DNA from: Basidiobolus meristosporus CBS 931.73
Lineage: Eukaryota; Fungi; Basidiobolomycota
Length of the DNA stretch: 64,000 nt
NCBI GenBank assembly: GCA_002104905.1
Contig: MCFE01000209.1
Span: forward strand, 1 to 64,000
Direction: 5' to 3'
The notes under the pieces are model-generated. The model was given only the letters and a program-made list of their open reading frames with translations. It was not told the DNA's origin and made no database searches. Made by a program: the position numbers and the translations under genes. Each line of letters starts with the position of its first letter. The stretch's first letter is position 1. This document shows positions 38,150-50,200 of this stretch, in pieces.

Positions 38150-38960
38150 CATTTGTACCGTGGACCAGAATGACGAATAGGCTCGCCAAGATGGTTTCGA
38201 AGCCTTCTAGCCCATGTGTTCCTCCCCAACCGTGCTGGTACCATCCTTGTACATCCTAAGGGCAAGAGTGGAAAGAGTGCGCTATTAATCGATCATCTTG
38301 ATAAGCCGTCCATATGAGCTGAATCAGGCTCTTTGCTTTCGCCTCGGGATGCGTATTAGGTACCAAACACCTGACATTGCTCCCCGACTCTGGTGGTGAA
38401 TTTGCCAACTTTGGGGTTTTCAGGAGGAATGTAGCAAGTATTTTATTTGGAAGAATTGTTCAAACAATCATACAAAACTCATAAGGAAGCTAAATCCATT
38501 TCCAAGATATAGGTCAGGTGTGAAATCATGTATCGCATGAATTTTGGTGCTAACCCAATCATTTTCAGTGGTGCTCAGAATCCAATGATCGGAGCCTGGC
38601 GAAGTTTCCTATCGAACACTCCAACTTCAAGTTTGCCTGGTAATGTGAACGTAATCGTCAATTCTTCTTTGGTTAGTGAGATCCATCATATTTCTTTAAA
38701 TTGTCGGTGGGTCCACCAAAACCAGAGTTCCATTGATCTCTGGCTCGCTCATGCTCTCTTGGATTGCCATCTATATGCGCCCGTGCTTCATGGTATGCTG
38801 CATGTATGACAGCACGGACCTTGCTTTCCTTGGGGTTTTCGTAGGATGTTCCAAGCATGGTATCAACGACATCACTTACTGCACGGAATATAGGGTTGTT
38901 ATTCAAGGGCTGGTCAGGCATATCGATAAGGGAAGGCTCAGCTAACTCTATTCTGCCTTG
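38150..38960 (-). pseudogene. Probable decayed gene of unknown family
   Basis: Protein-like blocks in shifting frames (ELAEPSLIDMPDQPLNNNPIFRAVSDVVDTMLG...HAAYHEARAHIDG; IDDYVHITRQ; DHWILSTTENDWVSTKIHAIHDFTPDLYLGNGF) are interrupted by stops. No family recognised. Confidence 0.35.
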
Positions 38961-39344
38961 GCCTTAGCTGCGCTATTTATTGAGACGGGTATGCTGACGT
39001 ACTCCCGCGTTACAGTCAGGCAAGGACGGTGGTCATATGACGAGTAACTTCAATCATCCTAGACATCTGCTGACAAAAGTGGCAGCCCTTTTGTAATTCA
39101 TTTATTTATGTAGGGAAATGAGACATTGCGAATGAAGTAAACAAATGCTGAAGATATGAGGTTTTGCTGCAATTTCCCATCTATTTCATTGGAATTTCGC
39201 CGGCTACAGGCTAGAGATTTGTAACCTCAGAGGTTATCATATGCTAGACCGTCAACTACGGCCTAAGGTGAGGTTGGCTTGATACCTATTGGCTTCGTTG
39301 CCGAAGTTCCTATAGATAGACGTTCGCCAGGTGTATTCAACAGA

Positions 39345-39845
39345 CGGGTGCTGATATCATACTTCCTTCGAATCCCTCCCGTTACGAACATGCCTGTGTT
39401 GGAAAAAGAACAAGAGTGGTTAACCGCCCTCTGACAATAGCCTATGCAGAGTTAGCACTGCAGTCTCAAACGCTTAAAGTGCCCAATAGATGCCAGAGTC
39501 GTCGTTACCCCTCGGAGCGGCGGGCACAGTTATGAAGCATTCTTCTCTTCCACTGGCATCTTGGTGGTAGACCTCTCAAGAGCGAATAGATTCACCGCTA
39601 CCGGAGTGGTTATCGTTAGAGTGGAAGCTGGAATACAATTCATTGAACTTTGTCTAGCTATACATAAGAGCCATCCGGACTTTACCTTTCCTGGAGGAAC
39701 CTGTCCCACGGTCGGTCTTGGTGGGATTCTCAGCTCCGGAGGGTATGGCACCGTTGCCAGGAGACTTGGCATTGACGCAGACCACATCCTGGCCATAACC
39801 ATAAGTTTAGATAGGATTTGGCAGATAAACTCACGTCTCTCCTGA
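39345..39845 (+). pseudogene. Fragment of a berberine-bridge-enzyme-like covalent FAD oxidase
   Basis: RSGGHSYE at 39513 (covalent-FAD His motif), VVDLS, VEAG, GTCPTVGLGGILSSGGYG and LGIDADHIL. The 5' part is frameshifted and the gene stops before the substrate-binding half. Confidence 0.85.
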
Positions 39846-39968
39846 CCAGCTTCATCTACTGCATTGTTGCTACTATGGGTGGGCTATGGATATGTGCGAC
39901 TGGGTTTATTTTAGGAATGGTTGGTGTATTGGGATGAAGGGCGAGGGTGTATATGCCGTTGATTCTCG

Positions 39969-40739
39969 CTAGCGGTGGTGATTCTGTTGGGAAATGAGGA
40001 ATGCTCTCAACCCCGACAGATTGTCAGTACCGATAATATCCGAGCCACTGTCCAGCCATAGTTTCCAGGCTGTTTCAACATCTGGCCCACCCCACCACCG
40101 AAGCTTCAGGCCTTGGTTGTGGACCTTCTGAACAAGAGATACCAACTTCTCCCGGTCCTCATGCGAGATTGGGTCATCGCCTGACCACCGGAAAATGCTG
40201 CTCCAATCGTCGCTCAGCCACCCGAAAAGCGGGGGTATGGTGGGCAGGTCAGGATGAGTGAGGTCCTTGAAGGTTGCATCGATGGTCACTAAGCGCTGGG
40301 AGAATTTGGCTATATACGAGTTGTCATGAGAGCCGGTCAAAACTATCGTGAGGGCCTTTGAATGGATTTGGTTTCCTTCGAAGCAGGTCAGCATGTGCTC
40401 GTACTTGCGCAGCAACCTGTCCAGAGCAGTATACGTTTCGACCGGCTTATCCTTGACATCAATTAGCAATACGAAGGGTCGACTATGTGGCATATGTTCA
40501 TAAACTCCACCCCAGCGCTTTACCCGCTCCGCGAGGGGCTGCAAATAGAGACCTTCGAGGGTACGTTCTGGAGTGAGCGCCGAACGCTCGTGAGCCACGA
40601 GAAGCTGATTGTCCTCCAGAAATATGTCCGCCTCAACCGAGCCGAAACCCTGGGCCAGTGCATCAAACAAAGGAGTTGGTTGGAGATAATCATTATGGGA
40701 GTGGGCATTCAGCACCAGAGAATCCGGTTCACGGAACAT
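39969..40739 (-). CDS. AIM6-like / PLC-like (GDPD-fold) phosphodiesterase, ~256 aa from the first ATG; intronless
   Basis: Intact ORF with AHSHNDY, FGSVEADIF, LLVAH, LLIDVK, LTG, LRWWGGPD and IGTDNL motifs. The ORF track starts it at a GTG at 40784; the first ATG is at 40739. Confidence 0.8.
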   Translation of the reverse strand: MFREPDSLVLNAHSHNDYLQPTPLFDALAQGFGSVEADIFLEDNQLLVAHERSALTPERTLEGLYLQPLAERVKRWGGVYEHMPHSRPFVLLIDVKDKPVETYTALDRLLRKYEHMLTCFEGNQIHSKALTIVLTGSHDNSYIAKFSQRLVTIDATFKDLTHPDLPTIPPLFGWLSDDWSSIFRWSGDDPISHEDREKLVSLVQKVHNQGLKLRWWGGPDVETAWKLWLDSGSDIIGTDNLSGLRAFLISQQNHHR

Positions 40740-41471
40740 GGTGGGACCCTCCAGATTCTTCCCTGTCTGGACTAAAAGGACCACCTCCTTTGGAATAGCA
40801 AGGCTGGGTCGAAAAAAGAGAAGCGCGGTCGCTAGGATATAGCTAGGGGGCGAAGTGTTTAGGATACGAAAGCCGTGGGGAATGCTTGTTCACTTACAAC
40901 TTGTTCATGCTAGTGTTGTCAGTAAGAAATAGGCAGCTGAATCAATTGGCCATGGATGGCATTGTCTTTAAAATGTGTAGAGGATCAGTTAGGACGTAAT
41001 CTGGGTAGATCATTGGTTTAGGGGTGCATATCCAACCACACTAGTGCAGGAGATGCATGAGCGAAGCCTATATATAGAAGAATTGTCTGATGATCCTAAA
41101 GGCCTTCGCTATGTGCTGGAAGGGACCTTGCCAGGCACATCAGCCAGTTTGGACGGTTGAAGCTTGCAAGCCTGGAAAACCGCCACCACCAGGGGCCACC
41201 ACTGATCATGACGTTTTGGATGTTTGTGGAGAAAGGTTGGACTTTCTGCCCAAGGAGCATGGTAGCAGCCATCCCAACTTCCAAAACTGCTCTCGCAGGA
41301 ATACAACACCTGCGATATCAAGGCGAGACAACGGGTGTAATGCTTAGTGTTATTTATGTAATAAACCGACTACCTTCAGGACTTATCAAACAAAGTGGGG
41401 TAGAAGGAGAGATGGCCAATAGAGAGAGCAAAGACAAGCATTCGTATAAGATGATATTAGTTGAATTTTGC

Positions 41472-41504
41472 GGGATAGGGTTGGGGAAGGGGAAGGGGAA
41501 GGGG
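41472..41504 (+). repeat. (GGGGAA)4 microsatellite / G-quadruplex-competent motif
   Basis: GGGG runs at 41483, 41489, 41495 and 41501 with 2-nt loops, plus two GGG runs upstream. Lies ~80-110 bp 3' of the LIS1 stop. Confidence 0.9.
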
Positions 41505-41580
41505 AAAGAGGTTGCTCAGCAAAACAATTCATAGGACATAACAACGGAGTAGATTGTGGTGAAAAGCAAACTATTCCCAT

Positions 41581-43377
41581 CTATCGGCATTCCCAGATCT
41601 TGATTGCTTGGTCTACACTTCCGGTGGCGACCACCGGACTGACGCTATTGAAAGCAACGCAGGTGACAAAGTGGCTATGGGCCTCTAGGGTTTTAACACA
41701 TCGCCCAGTCTTGATCTCCCATATCTTGATGGTCTTGTCGTCTGATGCACTGATAAGGAACTTCCCACTGGGATGGAACACTAGCCCGCGGATCCAATTG
41801 TCATGTCCGATCTGAGTGAAAGTTAGTATATACGTATCGAGGAAACGTCCAGGTGGTTCACTTACGAATGTGCGAATGCATTGGCCTGTGCCATCCCAGA
41901 GTCGGATGGTTTTGTCTCGTGAGCCGGAGACGATGTATTGTCCCGGGACAGGCTGCTCTTTACTGGCTCCCTATTGACAACGGTATGAGTCAGTGAGTTG
42001 CTATAGTGGATGGAAGGTGACTTGTCACTGACATTGATCCCGATGAGCTCCTTGATGAACGGGTAGGCTGAGGTAGGGGCGAAAATGGCACATTCCACAA
42101 CATGCTCGTGTCCCCGGAGGTCAAGTTTACATTCCCCAGAGGCAACATCCCACACCTTCACGCTCTAATGGAGAACTACGGGTTACAAACGATCCATGCC
42201 GGAAGAGTGGCGCTTACACGAGGTACCTGATCATTCGAGGCCGACACCAGCAACTTGCTATCTTCGGAAATCGCAACCGTACGGACCCACTCCGCATGGC
42301 CAAGAAGCGTCTTGACACAGTATCTGGAAGGGCAAGAGGGATTAGTGTGAGACGAGGCGATGGTCGAGCTGGGCGCGCACTTACCCAGAGGCAAAGTCCC
42401 AAATTCTAATTGTTTTGTCTCTAGATGCTGAGATGATCTTGTCGCCAGCTGGGAAGAAGATGACCGACGAGATGCTATGGTCGTGTCCGAACAACGTTTT
42501 GATGCATTTGTAATCATTCGCCAAGTCCCACACTTTGATGGTCAGGTCGGCAGAGCATGAGACTACATCAACGGGGGTTAGGATTCCCTAAGGCTCTCTA
42601 GCACGGACGAAACGCCACCTACCAAGATAGTTGCCCTTGCTGTCGAACGATAGATCTGTGACCGCCTTCGTATGGCCTTTCAAAGTGCGCTCGAACTCCC
42701 CGGTTTCGTAATCCCATATTTTGATGGTGGTGTCCTCCGAGGCAGAGGCCATGATCGAGAACACTGGGTGGAAGGTCACTCGAGTCACTGGGTTTCTGTG
42801 ACCGGTCAAGGTGAATTTTTCTGGGGGTCGAGGGATCCAATCGACCGAGCTGGTCGCCTTTCGGACCGGGGCCGTGCTTAATTCCTCTTGCATTTGAGAG
42901 AGCTGCTTTTCCAGATCCATGATCTGTTGGGAAGGGGCAAAAGTCAGTCTGAAGCAACCTTGGGGGGGAGGTGAAATACTCCGTTTAATGTGGGCATCTA
43001 CCTTTTTTTGTAGCCTGATAACCGAGGTCCACTTCTTCTCCAGCAGGCCTGCGTACTTCTGCGTCGGATCCGGGTTGAACTCTTCATTGGAGGTCTCTCG
43101 TTTCAGGACCTCGTAGGATTCCTTGAGCCCGTTGACATGAAGAAAGTCAAGGATGGCGCGTTGTCTTTAAAATAGAAAAACAAGAGGATGAGTGGGCTGA
43201 CGACGCTATATTTTCCGGCCTGGTTTCAGAAGGCGAAGGAGCACAGATGGGTACAGGGGAAGATCAGGGAGGTTGAGGGGACATGACTCCGTAAGGAACT
43301 AAACGGGCTGAAGTGAATATCAGGAATGATACGTACAACTCTTCTCGTTGACGACTCGACAATAAGGAGGTCGACAT
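41581..43377 (-). CDS. PAC1: LIS1/NudF dynein regulator (LisH, coiled coil, WD40), 415 aa, 8 exons
   Basis: Exons 43377-43337, 43164-43002, 42923-42623, 42562-42385, 42323-42227, 42164-42033, 41970-41866 and 41811-41581 total 1,248 nt in frame. Signature sequences: [41 protein letters not shown] and terminal [11 protein letters not shown]. Confidence 0.96.
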
Positions 43378-43860
43378 GCTTTTACTACTTCTTCCGAAGG
43401 ACTCGCTTTAGACAAGGTCTTTCACTTCGTAGCTCAAACGTCGAATAAGCAATTGCTTTGGCACTGTGATGGTTCCCAAAACTTAAGGGGGAACGGAGCA
43501 ACCTAGATGATCCTGATTTTAGGGTCCTGTTCGGATCCCCTGAATTTGACGAATAATGCGGATGTTTTTCTTGGAAACTCTGCTGATGCCGATGTTGATG
43601 ATAATGGTGGGCTATCCGTAGGATGGCCGTCGTAATCACCCTGTACTTGGACCTGAATGCCAAATACCCAGCCTCAGCACTCCACCCCCTCCTATGCTTT
43701 CCCTCTCTCAGCTGGTGACGTTAATGGGGGCGTCAACCTCAGGTTGGCCCTTGACGAAGTCAATTGTTCCTCCTAGGTCACGTGCCGACCACCGGAAACT
43801 ATGTTGACAACTGGCAGCTCAGCGCCAATGAGAATCTTCGAAGCATGGGAATAGCATCGA

Positions 43861-43890
43861 TTTTATATTTTATATTTTATATTTTATATT
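43861..43890 (+). repeat. (TTTTATA)4 microsatellite
   Basis: Four perfect 7-mers between XMAP215 and LIS1. Confidence 0.95.
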
Positions 43891-43989
43891 GGCAAACGAG
43901 GACCTGGGATCCCCTACAAGACATTAAGGCGAGAGGAGGAGAGTAAGCAGCGAACTTCTAAGCTGGGATGGTCTGCAATATAGGGTGGG

Positions 43990-44032
43990 GATAGGCTACG
44001 ATAGGATAGGATAGGGATGGATAAATAGATAG
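43990..44032 (+). repeat. Imperfect (GATAG)n microsatellite
   Basis: GATAG-based pentamers ~175-215 bp 3' of the XMAP215 stop. Confidence 0.8.
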
Positions 44033-44205
44033 CTTCTCTGTTTCCAAAATGGTCGGGGTTCAGGTGAACAAAAGTCGCTCATTAAATTACAGTATGGGGT
44101 GTAGCTGACGAGCGAGGAGTGATTCAACAAAGTGCAGTGTGGTTGTACAGAAAGTGGCGAGGAGAAGAGTATGTAAACGAAGGGGGAGGGTAGCGGAAGA
44201 AGCGA

Positions 44206-47200
44206 TCAAATATCCCCGACAAATGGATTTGCTAGCTGTGTTCTGGGGGAGGTAAGCTTCTCCTCGGCAGATGGACTGTCCGTTTCCGAATGGCTTTCGA
44301 GAGATCCACGCCGGAAACCGAACATCCTTTGAATCTCTTGTATGCGAACATGTTGCGAGTTGTCCGGTTCTGTCTTGGCGTGTTGGCCTAAGAGCTCTTC
44401 GAAGGACGCGACTGACTCCCTATAAGAGATACGCGAGCTGCTTCGCGGCGATTGGGGCTGGATGTTGCTAGCCATGGGTGACCTCATATCTGGTGATTGG
44501 AATTCTCCCGAAAGATTGGAAAGACTCCTTCGGATAAAGCTCTGGAAATACTTGCTAGCTTTACTGAGGCGTTTCTCAAACTCCTCTTGAGCCTCTGGTT
44601 GAGCCTGCAAGAGCTCGTGCAACTCGTTTACCCCCTGCTTAGTGTGCTTCCTATCGTAGATAAGCTCAAAGATTCTATCCAACCTATGGTTCATCTGGTC
44701 CATGGGGGACATCTCTTGATTTGGATTAGTACCTTTGACGCCGTTCTCGTCCCACTCGTCGCTATCATGGCGGCTCTGGGATTCAACAGCTCTTGAGTGG
44801 CCTTCGTCCTCTGATAGGTTATCAGCGTTAGGCCTCAAGGCCCCTGGAGCAGCAAAAGTGGGGGTCATGGAGGGGTTGCCGCTCACTCCGTTTGTTTCAG
44901 TGTTCAGAGATCCGGACACCGAGGAGCTGCCCTTGGCTTTATCAAGGTACGAACGCAGGTAAACCACCACTAGAGAAGACTCTGGGCTGGGGATTAGGGT
45001 GACGTGGTTCAACACGTCGGCCTGCAGAGCACCGGCGGCGTGGAAAAGGACGGCCTTGGCAGTTTTCATGGGGTTATCTTGGGTGGTAAGTCCCTTGGCA
45101 TGGGCCTTCTTTCTCCACTCGGTGGGATTGACGCGCGACAGGAACTCGTGAATCATCAAGAACAGGCGGTCCAGGTCAATGGTGTGCTGCTCGATGTGAG
45201 CCTTCAAGGATCTCGACGATTTCCAGATGCATTTCTGTACCACGTCGAAGAGCTTGTATTCCTCGGACTCGGTGATGGGTGTATCGAAATCCTTGGGCCG
45301 ACCAAGGAAATCGCTCAGCGTTCTCTCATACAGAGCGAACAACGCTTGATACAGAGCGTTCTGGTCCGTGTGATCGATAATCTTGGTTAAAAGAGTGTTA
45401 AGGGTTTTATCCATGGACGGGGAGTTCGAGGTTTGCTCGACTTTCTGCAGATCCTCCTGCAACAGAAGCTTGAGGACTTGCTCGATGGTATTCTCTAGGA
45501 CGTCCACTCGAAGATCGCAAGCAACATCCTTCTTCATAAACATCTTGGTGAATACCAAAAGCATGTGCTTGATCTGCCTACACCAAGGTTGCGAGTCAAG
45601 CTCCGGCTCTTCAAAGAGGATATGGATCTTGAGGGTCATCGCCGATACGATGTTATTCAGGTTAGGGAGAAGAAGGGTGTAGTCATCGTTAAGAATATCT
45701 CCGATGCTCTTCATCAACAATACGATCTCCGAGGCATCGGCTGTGGTGATCTTGGAGGCAAACATGTCTACTCTATGCCTGTCCACCTTGGGCTGGATGG
45801 GGCCGATCTGCGCCGTGGTAGGCGTAAAGGTATTCTCAAACAGCGGGGCACGAGAAACCGCTTGTGGGGATTGGTATTCATGGAACGCCGGGGTTTGTGG
45901 CAGATCGGGCGTTCTTCTTTCGGGGGTCATCTCCTCTTTGCCCAGGCCGCCGGGTCGAGGTAGGAAAGACATTGGCCTGTGGGGCTTGGGTGATGACGAG
46001 GGGGAGATCGACAGCGATGAAGAGTTCGACAATGCTGACGAGGGTCTGGGGAACAAGGATGGTTTGGCCAAGGATGAAGATGGGCGCGGTAGGGCGGGGG
46101 AGGGTTTGGGCAGGGTGGACATGGGGCGCTGCAGGCGAGCTGGCGATTTCTCAAATTGTGATTCGGAGTGGCCAAGCGAGGTTCCTGCCCGTGGGATGGA
46201 TAGCTTGGACTGTGGGGTAGAGGGACGATCATGGGGCTTGGGCAATCCGGATGCTGGTGGCTTGCTTCTTTTCAGCTTCTCGTCAAGCATCGTCTTCTCC
46301 TTGTCGCTTAGCTTGCCGGTGTATTTATATATAGTGTCACCGATCTGGAGGTAGGCCTGAACGATGGCACTCAATGCATTATTGCGGACCTGAGCATCCC
46401 GATCTCCAATGTGCGAGGCAATCACAGGGAAGCTCTTGATGGGGATAACGTTGATCCCATTGCCCTTGATGAGGCTACTAAGCTCGTCGAGGCATTCCGC
46501 TCGAGTACGAGCATTCTTGGACTTCAGACCATGCTCCAGAATAAACATAGCCACCTTATTGGGGCTGTAAAGATGATAAACTTGCTTGAGAATCGAGCGT
46601 AGTTGATTTCTGAGTACCTCTTTTGGCTCACCAAGCTTGTTGATTAGCTGGGGCAAGAATGCGGAGGCTTCGTACTCAGAGAGGTGATATCCATCCTCTT
46701 CAAGCAAGCTGATCAAATGTTCCAAGAGCTCCAACGTCTTCAACGACAAGCTGGTGTTGGTGTCGTAGAAACGTAATGTTGTATACTTCAATAACGTGTC
46801 GGAGTTGGCGATATAGCGTTCCTTAAGATCCTCAAAGTCGAGACCAAACCTATCTTGGGCATAGTGTCTGTTGGCAATGCAGTCATCCAACGCAGTCAGG
46901 CCGGAAAGCATATCCCGATCCCGATTGTGCTCCATGCTGAACAATAGTTTGTGAACATCGGGGTTGAAGTGAGGCCTCATCTGGTCAGCAAGAAGATCTA
47001 CAAGGTCTTGTCTGACAGCGTCGAAGGCCCATTTGTTTTGGTTTCTATCCTTGTCGGCTCGAGCATTCTTTGCTCGAGCGTCGGAGGTTAGGATAGGTGG
47101 CTCGCCTTCCATGCTAGGGGACGGGGCTTTGAGTTGTGTTGGCGGTGGCATCATCGATTTTCTCTTGTTGAGAATAGCACGTGGCTTCAGATTGGGTACA

Positions 47201-50200
47201 GCAGTGGGAGGCTCCTCGCCCTTGGCATTTTTGTTGGGCGATGGTGGAGGTATGATGGTAGCACGCTTTTTTTCGATGATCGACGAAACTGATGTAGCCC
47301 CCTTCTTCATATCTGAGGATCCGGAGACCGAGCGTTTCGAGTCCGAAGAGTTACTCGCGACCGAAGAAGGTCTCTTGAACTCGGCCTTCTTATCAGTCGG
47401 GCTGATCTTTCCTGGACCATTAGTGGGTTTGGATGAGGCAGCTCCAGCAGGCTTCATACCATCAATGATGGCAAGTACTGTTTGGAGCGAAGAGCCTTTG
47501 AGAGCAGTAGAGCACTGATCTCTCACAGAGGAATAGCCCACATTTTTTATCAGAAATGCGAGAACGGATTGCGCATGCTTGCGGACGTCAGCGCTACGAT
47601 CCTGCAGACACTGAAAGATGGGACGCACTAGGGAAGAAAGATCTGGTAATTCGTCGCCTTCGCTTTCAAGAGCGACCAGCTTATCGCTAAGCCAGCTAAG
47701 CAGATCCTTTCGCAAGACAGGGGAGTCAGGGACGAGAACGGTTCCAATAGCAGGAATCATGGGGGTTAGTGTGCAGGATTCTCTGAACTTGTCTAGCGCA
47801 TTGATGGCAGCCGCGCGAACATGCGCCTTGTTGTCTGATAGACAACCCAATACACTTGGGAGAACTATACGGCAAGGCTTCTCGAACGGCTGGCTCATGG
47901 CAACAGCCATAGTAGAAAGAATCTCCAAGGTAAGAATCACTAGATTCTTGTTGCTATCTCCTAGACGGCCCTTCAGTGCCCCAGGAAGATCGCCAACATT
48001 AGGCTTGATTCTTTTATTGGCCGCCTCCAGGATTTTCTGGACCTCGTCCAACCCCTCCTTGCGGACTTTCCAGTTCCCATCCTCGAGCAGCTTGAGAAGC
48101 TTGCTGTTGATTTGAGAGCTGATATCCACACGCGGAAAGAGGTCGTCAAGAAGATCAACGGATTTCGCGGCGCCCCCTTTGCCACTAGGTGCAGCAGTAA
48201 CTGTTTCCAACAATGCGAGTCCCTTGACGGGCTCAGGTGGTGTTTGACCTGCTACCTTTGCAAATTCCGCATCAATGGTTGACAGCTGAGTAGAGCTCAG
48301 TTCCTGGACAAACGAACGAATATCAGGCCCGACGTACATATGTAAGCAACCCAATACCGAAACCGAGTTATTTCTCACGGCAGCATTGGAACTTCCAAGT
48401 GCGGTTTTTAGGAACTCAATAAGCTCGCGTACATCCAAGCCAGCAATGCCAAACTCCATAAGGGTCTCCTTGACCCAGACCAAAGAGTCCGCCAAAACTT
48501 TGGGACTCTTGGCCTTTTTCCAGGATTCATAACTATGATGGAGAACAAATTGGAGAGAGTACTTCTCGCCATATGCAGAGAAACACTCTCCGGCAGGCTT
48601 CTTCAATTTGATGTCTCCAAGCTTCTCGGCCATTCCTGCGACGGTCAAAACGGCACAACCTTTCGTAAAGGAGGGTGCTTTCTCGCAAAGTAACTGGAAG
48701 ATCCCATACATTTTGGTGGATACCTGGAAGTTTACTTCTTTAAAACCCGGCTTCTTCACCAGTTGTCGCACGATCAATTCCGGTTCGGTGCTCTCCAGAT
48801 TTTCTTCCAGATGGGTATGTAATGACTCCATGGCTGCCAGCCTGCTCTTCCAATTGCTAGACAAAAGCTCCTTAAGGATAGCGTCGGGTATTACATCGGG
48901 TACATGAGCCTCGAAGTCGTCATTAGAATACTTGAATCTGATGGGCTCGTCTGGCTTAAGTTTAACCGCGGCAACTTTGACTGGGCCGGCTTTAGCAGTA
49001 GCAGCTGGTTTAGGTGCAGCAGGCTTCGGGGGGGCTTTGGCCGCTGCTGGTGCAGCGGGTTCTTCAGCGGAGACTGGTTTTTTGGCTAACCGTGCGGCTA
49101 ACCTTGCTGGCGGCTTAGCCTTAGGAGCGGCTGGTGTACTTGCGAGCAAATTCTCATCGAGGCCACCATCGTTCATCGGTTTAATAGCCTCACTTGGTGG
49201 GGGTGCAGGAGCAGGCTTTCGTGGTAGTGGTGCAGGTTTCTTTGCAGCTACGACAGGCTTCTTGGGCACAGCCTGTACAACCTTTACCTCGGCTTTCTCG
49301 AAATACTCTCGAACCTTGGCTTCCTTGATTTTGTCAAGCTTTTCAATGAAAGGAGCTAGAACTTTCTCGCCCACTGCTTTCATCAAGGTACCTAACCCTT
49401 CAGCTGCGGCATCACGCACGTTGGTGTCACCATCATCGAGGCCTTTCAGAAAGAGCTCACTGATCCACTTCACCTCGCCCTTACCAGGCGCCACCTTAAT
49501 AGTCTTCAAGCAACGGGTAAGCCATCTGTGCGTCTCAGCTTTCACCTGAGGATTTTTGTGTCCCGAAGCAGCTGTGACCTCTTCCACAAGGTCTGAGAGT
49601 TCTACTGTACTGAAAACAGCATCTAGACAAGCACGCAGGGCATCTACCACGGTTTGCTTCTTCTCCTTGAGTTTCTCCAGCACGGGAGGGACTACAGTGC
49701 TTTTGTGAGGGCCGAAATTTTTACGCAGACCAAGGGCGATAGCCTCTATGCAGTTGGCAGAGGCCGTTCCAACCATCACGTTGGCATCGCCAATGCGTTT
49801 CGCCAAGGCAGCGGTCAGCTCCGAATAGTTGTCGTCAACCAGTTTGGGGGTCTTGACGATGGCCAGAAGCCCCTCGAGAGCTTCTTTTCGCTCCTTCCAC
49901 TTAGTAGAAGCTAGATCTGTGTAAAAGGATGGCGAAAGCTTCTTCAAAGCATCCACTGGATCAGCTAAATCATAGGGATCGATCTCGCTGTCTTCAGTTG
50001 GCATTGAACCGCCATCTGTTGCGTCATCTTCGAGAGGGTATTGTTATTAGATAAATGGTAAGGACGGGCAATGAGAAGCACATCACTAAGCCTACCGTTA
50101 TCTGCTGCAGACTCATTTGCGGGAGCCTGAATGGCTTGGTGGGATCTTAGTAGTCTCTCGGCCACTGGCTTCTCAGCAGGGAGCTTCTCAAACGCCTCGT

